A stretch of 64,000 nt of DNA from Methanotrichaceae archaeon (GCA_963754945.1 CAVWIG010000028.1:128001-192000); one strand, 5' to 3'; shown: positions 40,130 to 51,597, counted from the first letter of the stretch. Notes: generated from the letters alone by a model not told the origin. Translations and numbers: made by a program.

Positions 40130-41140
40130 ATGTGCGAGTCCAGGACCATCTGGTGGGACGACGGCTTGTGGCTGATCGATCAGACAAGGCTTCCCGTTGA
40201 GCTTCGGCCGATCAAGATTGAAAGCGTGAAAGGTCTGATCGAAGCCATAACAAGCCTTCGGGTCAGGGGTGCCCCGGCCCTGGGCGCTGCCGGAGCTTAC
40301 GGGATCGCCCTGGCTGCACAGCTCTCGTCCACTGATAACCCGTTCCAGCTTCTTCAAGAGCTGGAGATGGCTGGGGAGATCATCAAGAAGTCCAGGCCAA
40401 CAGCGGTCAACCTCTCCTGGGGGGTGGACAGAGCTCTGAGGTCCGTTATGGTCCAGGATACAGCCGAGGGAATCAGGGAGGCAGCACTTCGCGAAGCGGA
40501 GCTAATCGCCGACGAGGACATCGCCATCAACAAGACGCTAGGCAGGAAAGGAGCACTTCTCCTGGACGATGGAGACAGTGTCCTGACACACTGCAACGCA
40601 GGCAGGCTGGCCTGTGTGGGTTGGGGAACAGCTCTAGGAGTCATCCGGTCTGCGGTCGAGGCTGGCAAGGAGATTCACGTCTATGCTTGCGAGACCAGGC
40701 CCCTGAACCAGGGGTCGAGGCTGACCGCCTGGGAACTGGTCCATGAGGGAATAGACGTGACACTGATCTGCGAGAGCGCCTCGGGAAGCCTCATGAGAAA
40801 GGGAAGGATCGATAAAGCAATCGTAGGCGCTGACAGGATAACCAAAGATGTTGTCTTCAACAAGATTGGAACCTACAATCACGCTGTCCTGGCCAAAGCC
40901 CACAAGCTGCCTTTCTATGTCGCGGCCCCTCTATCCACTTTCGACCTTGGGCACTGTGAGGCTGACATCACCATTGAAGAAAGAGGCGCTGAGGAGCTGT
41001 GCTCTGTTGGAGGAGTCCAGCTTGCTCCGACGAGCGTAGACACATACAACCCTGCCTTTGACGCTACGCCGCTTAATCTTGTAACGGCGCTGATTACTGA
41101 AAAGGGCATCTTCAGGCCGCCGCTGATGCCGCCTGTTTGA
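40130..41140 (+). CDS. mtnA: Methylthioribose-1-phosphate isomerase (eIF2B-like)
   Basis: VRGAPA, SRPTAVNL, LTHCNAG, ETRPLNQGSRLT, NKIGTY, NPAFDATP. Confidence 0.93.
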   Translation: MCESRTIWWDDGLWLIDQTRLPVELRPIKIESVKGLIEAITSLRVRGAPALGAAGAYGIALAAQLSSTDNPFQLLQELEMAGEIIKKSRPTAVNLSWGVDRALRSVMVQDTAEGIREAALREAELIADEDIAINKTLGRKGALLLDDGDSVLTHCNAGRLACVGWGTALGVIRSAVEAGKEIHVYACETRPLNQGSRLTAWELVHEGIDVTLICESASGSLMRKGRIDKAIVGADRITKDVVFNKIGTYNHAVLAKAHKLPFYVAAPLSTFDLGHCEADITIEERGAEELCSVGGVQLAPTSVDTYNPAFDATPLNLVTALITEKGIFRPPLMPPV

Positions 41141-41417
41141 TGCCCATTACTGCTGTCCCCTCAATCGATCAAGTGTAACTCAGATAGCGCTAGTCTTATT
41201 GGTTCCAATTTATCCGGATTCCAGTTGTCTAGACTCCAGTTATACCCCTGTTATAGAAGCCTAGTTATCTAGATTCCAAATATCCAGGATGTATTGTTTT
41301 ACGGTCTAGATTCTCTTTTTTCTCGTGAAGAATTTAAATGGTAATTAACCTATCGATAATTATCTTAGAATCAAACTATTCAAAAACTTTATAAAGATAT
41401 AAGTTAGTTCATATTCC

Positions 41418-43838
41418 ATGAATCAACTGGTTGTTCTTCAAGAGATATACGAGTCGTTCTCAAAGGGTGGGGAGGGACTTAACACCATCGATCCGGAGTC
41501 GATCGAAGGGAGCTGCTCCGTCCAGGTTGCCCAACTCTTGGAAGGCTCTAAGCAGGGGAAGATAGATGCCGACCTCTGCTCAACTCTTGCCGACTGTCTC
41601 CAGGATGTTTACGAAGTGAAGAGATTGGGAGATATCTGCAAAAAGGCGGGACTTTTAGAACTGGCTATAAGATGCTATGACCGAGCACTATCAACTACCG
41701 GGGATAAGGGCGTGAAGGCGGTGCTTCTTAACAACCTAGGCCAGGTTTATGCTCAGTACGGTGATCTGGGAAGGGCTGTTGCATACTACAGGAAAGCAGT
41801 CAAGCGTTTCGAATGCATAGGAGACCGAAGCGGCATGGCCCACGTTCAGGGGAACCTGGGTTCCGCCTACAGAAGGGCCCACGAATGGGATAAGGCCATT
41901 GAGTACTGCTACAAAAGCCTGAGAGCCTTCGAGGATCTGGGAGACGAGCTTGGAGCTGCCCAGATGACGGGTAGCCTTGGCAGAGTCTACGCAGAGATGG
42001 GCGAGTCAGAGCTCGCCGCCAGGTATTTCGAGAAGAGTTTGAAGGCCTTCCAGAAGCAGGGGGATAGGAGAAGTGAGGCCTGGGTCCTTAATCGACTCGG
42101 TAGGAGCAGCGCCGATCAGAGCTTAGATGCCCCAATAAAATACTATAACCAGAGCCTGTCCATCTTCGAAGACCTAGGCCAGAGTCAAGGCTCTGGAATA
42201 GTTCTATCAAATCTTGGCCGAGCTTATCTCGACAAGGGCGAGGCTTCTTTAGCCAGGGACTGCCTCGAGCGATCATTGAAGATCTTGCGAAAGAAGACAA
42301 AGCCTGCGTACTGCAATGCATCGGCATGGCTGGCAGCGGCCTACAGCTCTTTGGCAAAGGAGAACCAGGTAAAAGCAAACACCACTTCATCAGTAGTAGT
42401 AATCGAAGGAGACAAGAAGAAAGATGAGCTTCTCAGGCTGGCCTCCCAGTACTATTCGAGGGCAGCAGATCGCTACCGTGATCTTATAGGTACATCTAGA
42501 ACCGAGCTTACTGACATTGGCATGGCCGGAAGCGTTGCAGCTCTGCTGTCAATGCTTTCAGAGCTTCAGGCCGAGCACACAGACGAGGAGGCTGTCAAAA
42601 TTGCCGATAGAGCCATCTCGAATCTGGAAGAGATGGCAAGAAATGATGGCAAGGAGACCGAACAGATTGAGGCTATCAAGAGGACTCTGACCGGAATGAG
42701 AGAGGTGTGGTCCCAGGGACTGCCCAATAAGGAGCCCTGGAAGCTAGCCAGGTCGATTACCGATTCTATAGAATACTTTATGGGAGGATTGTCTCTCCAA
42801 GGAGAGGCAGGCATTTGCATCTGCGACGCACTGAGGAGCTTCAAGTGTGCCATCGAGGAAGAGCAACAAAGGAAAAATCCAACCGAGCTGCTCAAGGCCA
42901 CAGCATCCCTGCTGAGACAGGCAGAGAAGAGATTCAGGTCAGACAGCATCGACCTAGAATGCGAGAGCGCGACTTGGTTAGGGAATACAGCGACTCTTAT
43001 AGACCGTCTGATCAGCGCTGAGGCTGATCCAGTCAAGACAGTCTCTTTCAACATCAACGAGCTGCTCAACTACAGAACGCACAGAAAAGCGATCCTGCAA
43101 ATCGGTTGGGTGTTGGTGGTGAATGCTCTACCAGCTATAGACAAGACCGGTTACGTCTACTCCTGGGATGAATCGATGAACCTGGTGGAGAATAGACCTG
43201 CAGGACAACTTCAACAAGGGGCTGCATCAAAGGCCCAACAAATGCAGGAGAAGCCAATCCCAGACTCAGATACCCTTCAGGGAGATGATGCCTTCGACGA
43301 AGTGGAGGGTGAGACCATAATCGAATGTACATCGGAAACGGATGGAATGAACGAGCGGAACACTATTTTGGAGATGGATGCTGAAAGGGCTCTATTTGCG
43401 GATGGGCCAGTTGTTGAAGTAATTCCAGAAGGTGGTAGTCTGGTTCCGACAACGTCAAATCTTGTGTACGCTCCACGCGACGCCCGGGTCTTGGTTCAGC
43501 GCAGCGAGAAGCCAGCAAGGGTCAGTGGAGCCTACCACTTCGATCCCGGATCTGATGCAATAAGCCTCGGAGGAAGAAACTCCAGGTCAGCCGAAGTGAT
43601 CAATCGTTCGTCTAATGCCACACGAGGCCACTTAAGCGAGTTCGAAGAACCCGTCAGGGTCAGAGCAGCGTGGGAGAGCCCGAACTTTTCAGCTTCTTCA
43701 GCGATGGGAAATGCAGAAAGACGATACGCCTTCGGCAATGGACTCTTCACAAGGTCCAATGTCATCAATTTGGTAAAGGCTTTAGCTGTTGTTGTGCTTT
43801 CGCTCCTGGCTATAGATGTAATACTATATTTGATATAG
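41418..43838 (+). CDS. TPR-repeat protein with C-terminal membrane anchor
   Basis: Several 40-aa TPRs (LNNLGQVY, GNLGSAY, LSNLGRAY); C-terminal hydrophobic helix. Confidence 0.85.
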   Translation: MNQLVVLQEIYESFSKGGEGLNTIDPESIEGSCSVQVAQLLEGSKQGKIDADLCSTLADCLQDVYEVKRLGDICKKAGLLELAIRCYDRALSTTGDKGVKAVLLNNLGQVYAQYGDLGRAVAYYRKAVKRFECIGDRSGMAHVQGNLGSAYRRAHEWDKAIEYCYKSLRAFEDLGDELGAAQMTGSLGRVYAEMGESELAARYFEKSLKAFQKQGDRRSEAWVLNRLGRSSADQSLDAPIKYYNQSLSIFEDLGQSQGSGIVLSNLGRAYLDKGEASLARDCLERSLKILRKKTKPAYCNASAWLAAAYSSLAKENQVKANTTSSVVVIEGDKKKDELLRLASQYYSRAADRYRDLIGTSRTELTDIGMAGSVAALLSMLSELQAEHTDEEAVKIADRAISNLEEMARNDGKETEQIEAIKRTLTGMREVWSQGLPNKEPWKLARSITDSIEYFMGGLSLQGEAGICICDALRSFKCAIEEEQQRKNPTELLKATASLLRQAEKRFRSDSIDLECESATWLGNTATLIDRLISAEADPVKTVSFNINELLNYRTHRKAILQIGWVLVVNALPAIDKTGYVYSWDESMNLVENRPAGQLQQGAASKAQQMQEKPIPDSDTLQGDDAFDEVEGETIIECTSETDGMNERNTILEMDAERALFADGPVVEVIPEGGSLVPTTSNLVYAPRDARVLVQRSEKPARVSGAYHFDPGSDAISLGGRNSRSAEVINRSSNATRGHLSEFEEPVRVRAAWESPNFSASSAMGNAERRYAFGNGLFTRSNVINLVKALAVVVLSLLAIDVILYLI

Positions 43839-43864
43839 TTTCCCGCCTACCTTATTGTTGCAGG

Positions 43865-44479
43865 ATGAAGAAGAAACAGCTCGAAATACAACTGGAGCGG
43901 CTTACGGGCTTCTCCAACCCATCAGCCGAAAAAGAGCAATATGCAACTCCTGCGTCTGTGGCAGCGGATTTGCTTTATCTGGCATATCTGCATGGAGATC
44001 TGGAGTGTGTCTGTGATCTGGGGTGTGGAACCGGTGTTCTAGCCATAGGATCCGCGCTCTTGGGCGCAAAAGTAGTGGGAGTGGAGATAGATCCGCGGTC
44101 CCTACGGACAGCCAGAGAAAACGCCACCCGGCTTGGAGTCGAAGTGGAATTCATAAGGGGTGACGCTAACTCCGTGAGCCTTAAGGGAATCAAAACTGTG
44201 GTCATGAATCCCCCCTTCGGGGCGCAGAAAGCTAGCATGGGCGACAGAGCGTTTCTCAGAAAAGCTGTGGAGATCGCCGATGTGGTCTACTCCATCCACA
44301 ACCTGGGAAGCGAAGGGTTCATTAGAAGGATTGTAGAACCTTCCACTATTGAAGAGATCTACAGGATAAAGTTTCCCCTTAAAAGATGCTTTGCATTCCA
44401 CAGCAAAGACGTAAAGATCATAGAGGTTGAGTTGTACAGAATATTGTGCCGCCGAAACGGCGCAACAGGACATGAATAA
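43865..44479 (+). CDS. METTL5-like RNA methyltransferase
   Basis: EQYATP, DLGCGTG, MNPPFG, VYSIH. Confidence 0.9.
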   Translation: MKKKQLEIQLERLTGFSNPSAEKEQYATPASVAADLLYLAYLHGDLECVCDLGCGTGVLAIGSALLGAKVVGVEIDPRSLRTARENATRLGVEVEFIRGDANSVSLKGIKTVVMNPPFGAQKASMGDRAFLRKAVEIADVVYSIHNLGSEGFIRRIVEPSTIEEIYRIKFPLKRCFAFHSKDVKIIEVELYRILCRRNGATGHE

Positions 44480-44528
44480 CCAGTATATATCGAACAAGCA
44501 ATATTCTAGCTTATTAGAGGAATTCGAG

Positions 44529-45086
44529 ATGGAAAACAGTTTTGTGCTCCCAGGAGACGTGGTAGGGTCTGCGGAGGAGTTCGTTCCAGGCGATTGCACC
44601 TACGTCAAGGGAGGAGTAATATACGCAACGACTGCCGGATTGTTGAATATCGACGAGAAGAACAAGCTGGCTAGCGTAATTCCGAAGACCAACGCCCCTG
44701 CCAAGCTCTGTCAGGGAGATATTGTTGTTGGCGAAGTAATAGACATGAAGGAGAGTCTGGTCATAGTGTCGCTGGCCTTCAAGAAAGGTTATGAGGACCG
44801 ACCAATCTCAGATGAGGAGGCCACGATTCATATCTCCAACGTTCGGAACTCCTATGTCAAGGACCTGAGGCAGATGTTCTCTGTACGAGACATTCTCACG
44901 GCCAAGATAGTCGATGAGAGACAGCTTCGGTTGTCAACAGGTGACGAGGACCTCGGTGTTATTAAGGCCTACTGCAACAGATGTTTGACTGGCCTGGTCA
45001 AAAAGGACGGCAAGCTGGTCTGTCCGAGCTGCGCCAACACAGAGACCAGGAAGATGAGCTCATCCTACGGATTGGGAGTGGTTTAA
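44529..45086 (+). CDS. csl4: Exosome RNA-binding protein Csl4
   Basis: VLPGD...EEFVPG, S1 domain, LGVIKAYC..C ... CPSC..TETRK. Confidence 0.93.
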   Translation: MENSFVLPGDVVGSAEEFVPGDCTYVKGGVIYATTAGLLNIDEKNKLASVIPKTNAPAKLCQGDIVVGEVIDMKESLVIVSLAFKKGYEDRPISDEEATIHISNVRNSYVKDLRQMFSVRDILTAKIVDERQLRLSTGDEDLGVIKAYCNRCLTGLVKKDGKLVCPSCANTETRKMSSSYGLGVV

Positions 45087-45361
45087 TGGATCTCAAAATA
45101 ATCAATAAGACTGCAAATGAGATCTCCATAGAGTTCATCGGAGAGGGTCATACGATTCTAAACCTCCTCCGCACAGAGCTTCTGCTCGACGAGCGGGTCA
45201 TGCTTGCAACCTACGATACCAAATTTCCGGTCATGGACAATCCAGTGTTCCGGCTCAAGACCTTAGGAGCTGACCCGGTGGTCGTTCTGCGGGAGGCCGC
45301 GGCAAAGATCATTGGCCAGTGCGATCTTTTTAGCAGTGAGTTTGCGGCTGCCGCCAAATGA
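45086..45361 (+). CDS. rpoL: RNA polymerase subunit L (Rpo11)
   Basis: GEGHTILNLL..ELL..V..ATY...P; follows csl4 as in the conserved archaeal order. Confidence 0.92.
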   Translation: MDLKIINKTANEISIEFIGEGHTILNLLRTELLLDERVMLATYDTKFPVMDNPVFRLKTLGADPVVVLREAAAKIIGQCDLFSSEFAAAAK

Positions 45362-45392
45362 TGCGGGCGGAATGATTGCGACTAGCAGCTAA

Positions 45393-46418
45393 ATGATGGA
45401 GATTGACGGATCTTATGGCGAGGGCGGCGGCCAGATAGTCAGGACTGCGGTGGCCCTGGCCGCAGTAACTGGAACATCCATCAGGGTTTCCAAGATCCGG
45501 CAAGGCAGGCCAAAGCCTGGCCTCGCTCCCCAGCACGCCCAGGCCATTTTGGCGCTCGCGGGGATCTGCAACGCAAAGACCGCAGGAATTGAGCCAGGAT
45601 CTTCAGAGATCGCCTTTGAGCCTGGGCGGACCAAGGGCGGAAGCTATCGCGTCGACATCGGCACAGCAGGCAGTATTACTCTTCTTGTGCAGTGTTTGCT
45701 ACCGGCCATGATTAGAGCAGATGGGCCAGTTACTCTTAAGGTCACAGGGGGGACAGACGTTCGATGGTCGCCCACAATAGATTATTTTGAGAGAGTTTTT
45801 CTTCCAGCCCTGAGCGAGTTCGGAGCCCAGGTCAAGGTCGATAGCATGAGACGCGGTTACTACCCCAGAGGCGGAGGCTCGGTCATCCTGACGGTCAACC
45901 CAGGCAACCTGAAACCCGCCCATCTGAAACCCAAAGAAGCAGGAATTGTAGAAGGAGTCTCTCATTGTTCTAACCTTCCGGAACACGTGGCCAGACGACA
46001 GGCTGATTCTGCTACTGCAGCTCTGAAGGATGCAGGCCACATGGGCTTGGTAGCTACGGAGGTACTCAAGGAGACTTCCACAGGAAGCGGCATAACCCTG
46101 TGGAGCGGGCACAAGGGGGGGAGTGCTTTGGGTGAAAGAGGCATCCGGGCGGAGGACGTGGGAAAGGCCGCTGCTCTGGAGATAATAGCCGAACTTTCAT
46201 CGCCTGCTGCCGTGGACGTGCGCCTGGCTGACCAGCTAATACCTTACCTGGCATTGGCCGGAGGGAGCTACACAGTCAGGCAGATATCCAAGCACGCAAG
46301 CACCAACATCTGGACGGCGAGGCAATTCTTGAACACGAAGTTGGAAGTAATGGAGGAAGCAGGAGTATTAAGGATCGAAGGGCAGCTTAGTCGATCACAA
46401 CTTAGCATCGAAAATTAG
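45393..46418 (+). CDS. rtcA: RNA 3'-terminal phosphate cyclase
   Basis: [42 protein letters not shown]. Confidence 0.96.
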   Translation: MMEIDGSYGEGGGQIVRTAVALAAVTGTSIRVSKIRQGRPKPGLAPQHAQAILALAGICNAKTAGIEPGSSEIAFEPGRTKGGSYRVDIGTAGSITLLVQCLLPAMIRADGPVTLKVTGGTDVRWSPTIDYFERVFLPALSEFGAQVKVDSMRRGYYPRGGGSVILTVNPGNLKPAHLKPKEAGIVEGVSHCSNLPEHVARRQADSATAALKDAGHMGLVATEVLKETSTGSGITLWSGHKGGSALGERGIRAEDVGKAAALEIIAELSSPAAVDVRLADQLIPYLALAGGSYTVRQISKHASTNIWTARQFLNTKLEVMEEAGVLRIEGQLSRSQLSIEN

Positions 46419-46446
46419 CGTGGAAAAAAAGGAATAATTAGCGTAA

Positions 46447-48156
46447 TCATGCCGTCTTCATCTTCGCCACTTCCTCCAGGCCCAGATCTTTGATGGATTC
46501 CTCTCTCATCTTGTACTTCTGAATCTTGCCTGTGACCGTCATGGGGAAATCAGCAACGAACTTGATGTATTTTGGAATCTTGAAGTGGGCTATTTTGCCT
46601 TTACAGAACTCTTTTATCTCATCCGGGGTTGCACTTGCTCCCTGCTTAAGCTTGATCCAGGCCATCAGCTCTTCGCCGTACTTCAAGTCCGGCACGCCTA
46701 TGACCTGAACATCGCTGATAGCAGGATGGGTGTAGAGGAACTCCTCGACCTCTCTCGGATAGACATTTTCGCCTCCCCTGATGACCATGTCCTTCAAGCG
46801 GCCTGTGATTTTGCAGTAGTCCTCATCGTCCAGGGTTCCGAGGTCTCCTGTGTGCAGCCAGCCCTCTTTGTCTATTGCCTGATCCGTAGCTACAGGATTG
46901 TTGTAGTAACAGCGCATGATCATGTAGCCACGGGCGCATATCTCGCCGGTCTCGCCCCGGGGGACCATCTTGCCGGTCTTTGGATCCACTATCTTGACCT
47001 CTGTGTGGGGCAGCGGCCTGCCGATAGTGGAAACCCTTCTATCGATCGAATCATCCGTGGAAGAGTTGGTGATTCCAGGAGAGGCCTCGGTCTGTCCATA
47101 GGTTATCACTACCTCCTTCATGTTCATGAGAGTGGCCGCTTTTTTCATGAACTCGATGGGACACGGCGATCCTGCCATGATGCCTGTTCGTAGAGTGCTG
47201 AAGTCGAATTTGCTGAAATCGGGGTGTTCAAGCTGGGCGACAAACATGGTTGGCACACCGTGCACGGCTGTGCAACGCTCTTTTTCGATTGCCCACATTG
47301 TCGATTTCGGGTCAAAATACTCTGCAGGCAGGACCATAGTCGCGCCGTGGGTCACACAGGCCATGTTGGACAGAACCATACCGAAGCAGTGGTAGAAGGG
47401 AACCGGTATGCAGAGCCGGTCCTTCTCTGTGAACTTCATGCACTCTCCTATGAAGTAGCCGTTGTTCACCAGGTTGTGATGGGTGAGGACGACTCCTTTT
47501 GGAAATCCGGTTGTCCCCGAGGTGTACTGGATGTTCACAGGATCGTCGAAGTCCAGGTTCTCCTGGATGTCGAGTAGTAAATCGTCGGGCATCTCTTCTC
47601 CCATCGCCATGACTTCGTCCCAGGAGTACATTCCCGGCTGCTTTTCGCCGCGAACGAGAATTGCCGTCCTCAAGAAGGGCAGCTTCTCAGAGTGAATTTG
47701 ACCAGGCTTGCTCTCCTTTGCTTCGGGACAGACCTCGTAGAACATCTTGACATAGTCCGATGTCTTGAATCGATCCATCAGCAGAAGTCCTTGGGCCTCC
47801 GATTGCCTGAGGGCATACTCCAGCTCGTGGGTCCTTGAGGCAGGGTTGACGTTCACGAGAATTATTCCCGCTTTCGCCGTGGCGAACTGGGTGACGACCC
47901 ATTCCGCTATATTGGTGGCCCATATTGCCAGTCGATCGCCTTTTTTGAGCCCCAAGCCGACGAATCCCTTGGCGGCCCTGTCGACCTCGCGTTGAAGCTG
48001 CCGATACGTGTATCGGATGCCCTGGTGAAGCGAGACAATTGCATCGTTTTCAGGGTAGGTTTCCGCAATTTCATCGAACATATCGCCGATGGTCTTTCCA
48101 ATAAGTGGTTTCTCTGAACCCCGAAACGCATAGCTGCGGGAGACTTTGACTGGCAT
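46447..48156 (-). CDS. AMP-binding acyl-CoA synthetase family protein
   Basis: YTSGTTGFPKG, YGQTE, GWLHTGD, GRLKD..IRGGEN, TGKIQK. Confidence 0.93.
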   Translation of the reverse strand: MPVKVSRSYAFRGSEKPLIGKTIGDMFDEIAETYPENDAIVSLHQGIRYTYRQLQREVDRAAKGFVGLGLKKGDRLAIWATNIAEWVVTQFATAKAGIILVNVNPASRTHELEYALRQSEAQGLLLMDRFKTSDYVKMFYEVCPEAKESKPGQIHSEKLPFLRTAILVRGEKQPGMYSWDEVMAMGEEMPDDLLLDIQENLDFDDPVNIQYTSGTTGFPKGVVLTHHNLVNNGYFIGECMKFTEKDRLCIPVPFYHCFGMVLSNMACVTHGATMVLPAEYFDPKSTMWAIEKERCTAVHGVPTMFVAQLEHPDFSKFDFSTLRTGIMAGSPCPIEFMKKAATLMNMKEVVITYGQTEASPGITNSSTDDSIDRRVSTIGRPLPHTEVKIVDPKTGKMVPRGETGEICARGYMIMRCYYNNPVATDQAIDKEGWLHTGDLGTLDDEDYCKITGRLKDMVIRGGENVYPREVEEFLYTHPAISDVQVIGVPDLKYGEELMAWIKLKQGASATPDEIKEFCKGKIAHFKIPKYIKFVADFPMTVTGKIQKYKMREESIKDLGLEEVAKMKTA

Positions 48157-48393
48157 GGAGGAGTTAGTCCATCGTTATGTGAATATAACATTATCTTACA
48201 TCAAGTTTCGATAAGGTAGCAAGCGAAGGTCGATTCGCAAGAGTAGTGAGAATAGTGCTATGCCTAGAAGACTATGTAACAGACTAAGAAAAAATCTTGA
48301 TTTCTGCATATCTCGGTCATCTTGGTCAACTCTCTTCCTAGAATCCATCCCCTCGAAACCGATTTATGTAATGAATCCTCACTATCCCTTGCT

Positions 48394-49578
48394 ATGCAGG
48401 ACTACTCCGAAAATCAGTTTCTGGCCCTCGCCGGAACCCCTCCCCTGGACATCGAAATCTGCGATGTAACCCTTCGCGACGGAGAGCAGATGCCCGGAGT
48501 AGTCTTCAGACCGGATGAGAAACTGGACATAGCTATGCGACTGGATGAGATTGGAGTGGAGGTCATTGAGGCAGGCTTCCCGGTCGTGTCCAAGGCTGAG
48601 AAGAACGCCGTGCGGGAGATCTGCAACCTGGATCTGGATGCTAAGATCTCCGCCCTGTCCAGGTCTGTCAAGGCTGACGTGGATGCCGCCCTTGATTGCG
48701 ACGTGGACATGATCAGCGTATTCATCGCCACCTCCGAGCTGCACCTCAAATACAAGCTGCATATGTCCTGTCCTGAGGCTATCAGGTGCGCCTTAGATAC
48801 TGTGGAGTATGCGAAGGACCACGGCCTCATTGTGAGATTCTCTGCCGAGGACGCCACCCGAACAGACTTCGAGACCCTGAAGAAGTTGTACAAGAAAGCG
48901 GAGGAGCACCATGCGGATTACATCAGCGTTGCCGACACCGTTGGGGTCATGAATCCTCGAACAACCTACTACATGATCAGCGAAATCAAAAAGGTGGTGA
49001 AGATCCCCATCTGTATGCACTGCCACGATGACTTGGGCATGGCCCTCGCCAATACCCTAGCTGGGGCGGAAGCAGGTGCCAAACAGCTCCACACGACAGT
49101 TAACGGCATCGGCGAGCGCAGTGGCAACACTCCTTTGGAAGAGATGCTTGTGACCCTTAAGCTGCAATACGGAGTTGATGCTTACGATCTTACCAGGCTC
49201 AAGGATCTCTCAAAGCTAGTGGAGTCCTATTCTGGAGTGTCCGTTGCCAGGAACAAGGCTGTCGTTGGCGTCAACGCCTTTGCCCACGAGTCGGGGATCC
49301 ACGTGGCTGCGGTTCTGGAGGAGCCCAGGACATACGAGCTTTATTCTCCGGAGATAGTTGGTGCTGCCAGACACATTATAATAGGCAAGCACACCGGAGC
49401 AAAGGCCCTGAAATACATCACCGAGCGAATGGGGTATCACCTGAAGGAACATGAAGTCTGCGAACTGGCTGAGAAGGTTAAGATGTGCAGCGAGTTCAAG
49501 CGTCCCATTAACTGCGAGGAATTGCGCAGGTTAATCCTGGGAATGGAGAACCTGGAAATTTCGTATCCGGGCCCGTGA
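48394..49578 (+). CDS. aksA: Homocitrate synthase family (AksA-like) DRE-TIM enzyme
   Basis: DVTLRDGEQ, HCHDDLG, NGIGERSGN, HESGIH, GKHTG; no LeuA regulatory domain. Confidence 0.8.
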   Translation: MQDYSENQFLALAGTPPLDIEICDVTLRDGEQMPGVVFRPDEKLDIAMRLDEIGVEVIEAGFPVVSKAEKNAVREICNLDLDAKISALSRSVKADVDAALDCDVDMISVFIATSELHLKYKLHMSCPEAIRCALDTVEYAKDHGLIVRFSAEDATRTDFETLKKLYKKAEEHHADYISVADTVGVMNPRTTYYMISEIKKVVKIPICMHCHDDLGMALANTLAGAEAGAKQLHTTVNGIGERSGNTPLEEMLVTLKLQYGVDAYDLTRLKDLSKLVESYSGVSVARNKAVVGVNAFAHESGIHVAAVLEEPRTYELYSPEIVGAARHIIIGKHTGAKALKYITERMGYHLKEHEVCELAEKVKMCSEFKRPINCEELRRLILGMENLEISYPGP

Positions 49579-49819
49579 AGAAGGCCAAGGGGGTACCCCG
49601 AAGGATTTAGATCGAGTTAAACTCTCGAAAACTCCTGGGAGAAAAGTTTCAAGCGGACTGCTGGCTTGATCGCCGACGGATCTGCGTTCCGTATAGGCAT
49701 CGATCATGCCCAAAAGAGACAAACCCGACAATTTCGCCAAAACATAGAGCGCGAGGATGACCCGCGCTTCAATGTTGAGTTGGGATCCTGATGTACAGGA
49801 TCGACACATTTCATTCTCC

Positions 49820-51187
49820 TCATGCTTCGATGCCGAGGAATGCCAGCATCATCTCGGATTGCATCAGGTCCTCGATCCCCTGCGTTGCTGGAATGAACTT
49901 GAACTGGAAGGCATAGTTGTAGATTCCAGATCCGTCAAGCTTCATCCATACCAGCCAGAGGTTAGTACCTGCCGGTTGGGCCCGGATGTTGTGGTATAGC
50001 CTATTCGCGTCCTTGAGCTGTAAGGTTAGGCCGCCAACTGCGAAGTTGCCCAGGCTCCTGTACTGGTAGAACGCCATGACCTTGATAGGCACATCCAGAT
50101 CTGGATATCCCGTCCTCTGGACGATAAGGTCCGTTGTCTTGACACCAGTTATGGGCATGACCATCAGGACGCCTCCTGTTGGAAGGAATATATCACCAGC
50201 CGGGGCTATAGGTGTCAAGGTTATGGTCGTCTGGTATGTCTGCTTATCGGTTACTGTGAAGGTCAGGGGATAATCCTGGTAGCCCGTCTTCCTGACTGTC
50301 ACTGAGTAGTAGCCTGCGGTCAGGGCGATGAATTTGTCTGTTTGGCCTATAACAGCGCCTTTAATCACGATGTCGGCCTTGAGCGATCCAGCGGTGTTGA
50401 TCTGGATTCCCGTTTGGCCGGAAGGCGGTATAATCGACAAACTGTAGCCGTAGCCTGCATAAGCTCGGAAGATGCCGCATACGCCGTATGCAATCTTGAA
50501 CCAGCCTGGATCGCTCGGATCGCCCCATTCTGTGCTCCAGGAGTTCTTACAGATCCAGCAGCCCTGTACATCGTCGTAGCCGATTATACAGACACAGTGG
50601 CCTCCCACATAATCACCGTACCCAGGAGAATAGACGCCGCCAGAATAATCGAAGAAGTCAGAATCTACTTCCATCGCAGCCTGAATGGCCCCATTGGAGC
50701 TGAGCCACTGCTTAGCGACTGCATCAGAGGTGATTCTGGTGGCGGAGAGGATCTTGAGCTTGTTGCCGTCACAGCAGCTTTGCTTACTGCCGTTGTATGG
50801 CCAGCACCTCTCAGGACATACGCCCCTGGACTGAAGAGCAGCATTTGCAGCTTCAAGTGTCCACCCATTAGCACATGTGCCACCGTTGCTGAATAGGTCG
50901 GCCTCGGAAAGCTTGTCGTCTTCGCCTGGATTTTGGTCGGCGACTTTTTTGGTGACTTCGAGGGTGGCTGTAGAGCCAAAGGCCACACAGCTTCCACAAT
51001 CACCCTGGTCCTGAATGGGTGTTGTATAGTTCTTGCCGTTGACATTGCGCCAGTTCCATGTGGCCGGTGTGCCCCAGATGGTGTGGACCTTAAGAGCTAT
51101 GTCCCTGGCGTCCTCTGCGGCGGTACGTTTTAGCTGCTCGGTGATGATGAGTCCTAGCTTGCGAATCATACCCTTTCCTTTTTCCAT
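49820..51187 (-). CDS. Papain-family (C1A) cysteine peptidase with a PEGA-like domain
   Basis: QGDCGSCVAF, GGHCVCIIGY, CKNSWSTEWG; then G.T..LTAGYYSVTVRKTGY. Confidence 0.88.
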   Translation of the reverse strand: MEKGKGMIRKLGLIITEQLKRTAAEDARDIALKVHTIWGTPATWNWRNVNGKNYTTPIQDQGDCGSCVAFGSTATLEVTKKVADQNPGEDDKLSEADLFSNGGTCANGWTLEAANAALQSRGVCPERCWPYNGSKQSCCDGNKLKILSATRITSDAVAKQWLSSNGAIQAAMEVDSDFFDYSGGVYSPGYGDYVGGHCVCIIGYDDVQGCWICKNSWSTEWGDPSDPGWFKIAYGVCGIFRAYAGYGYSLSIIPPSGQTGIQINTAGSLKADIVIKGAVIGQTDKFIALTAGYYSVTVRKTGYQDYPLTFTVTDKQTYQTTITLTPIAPAGDIFLPTGGVLMVMPITGVKTTDLIVQRTGYPDLDVPIKVMAFYQYRSLGNFAVGGLTLQLKDANRLYHNIRAQPAGTNLWLVWMKLDGSGIYNYAFQFKFIPATQGIEDLMQSEMMLAFLGIEA

Positions 51188-51597
51188 TCACAATCATCTC
51201 CTTAGCTATCTATAACTAATGTCTAAAAATATAAATATTGTGTATCCTTTGGTATGGAGGAGCAGGAAATCTCGTATCCAGGCCAGTGAAGAGGCATCAG
51301 GCAAGTGGATTGGTAGATTAAGATTAGTTTGAATTTGGAAAATAATTTCTGACTACTCAGATGCTTGCTCCTAACCCTCAATGCGGGCACTAATGGCAAT
51401 TTTTAGAAAAACGCACAAAATCTGTTGTAGTCTTCTTATCCCTAGATATCATAACGCTAATATGTCTCCCAGTTATTCATGGCCAACCGCAAGCAGATCT
51501 GGCTCAAACCGGAAAACTATTTGGAAATCTGTTCATTAGCGGCATCCACTTTGGATAATTTGGCTATTGTCTCAGCAAATAAATGGAATGATTAATC

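Noticed and set aside
49531-49809. Small ORF downstream of the peptidase
   Set aside because: Overlaps the aksA end and has no recognisable motif
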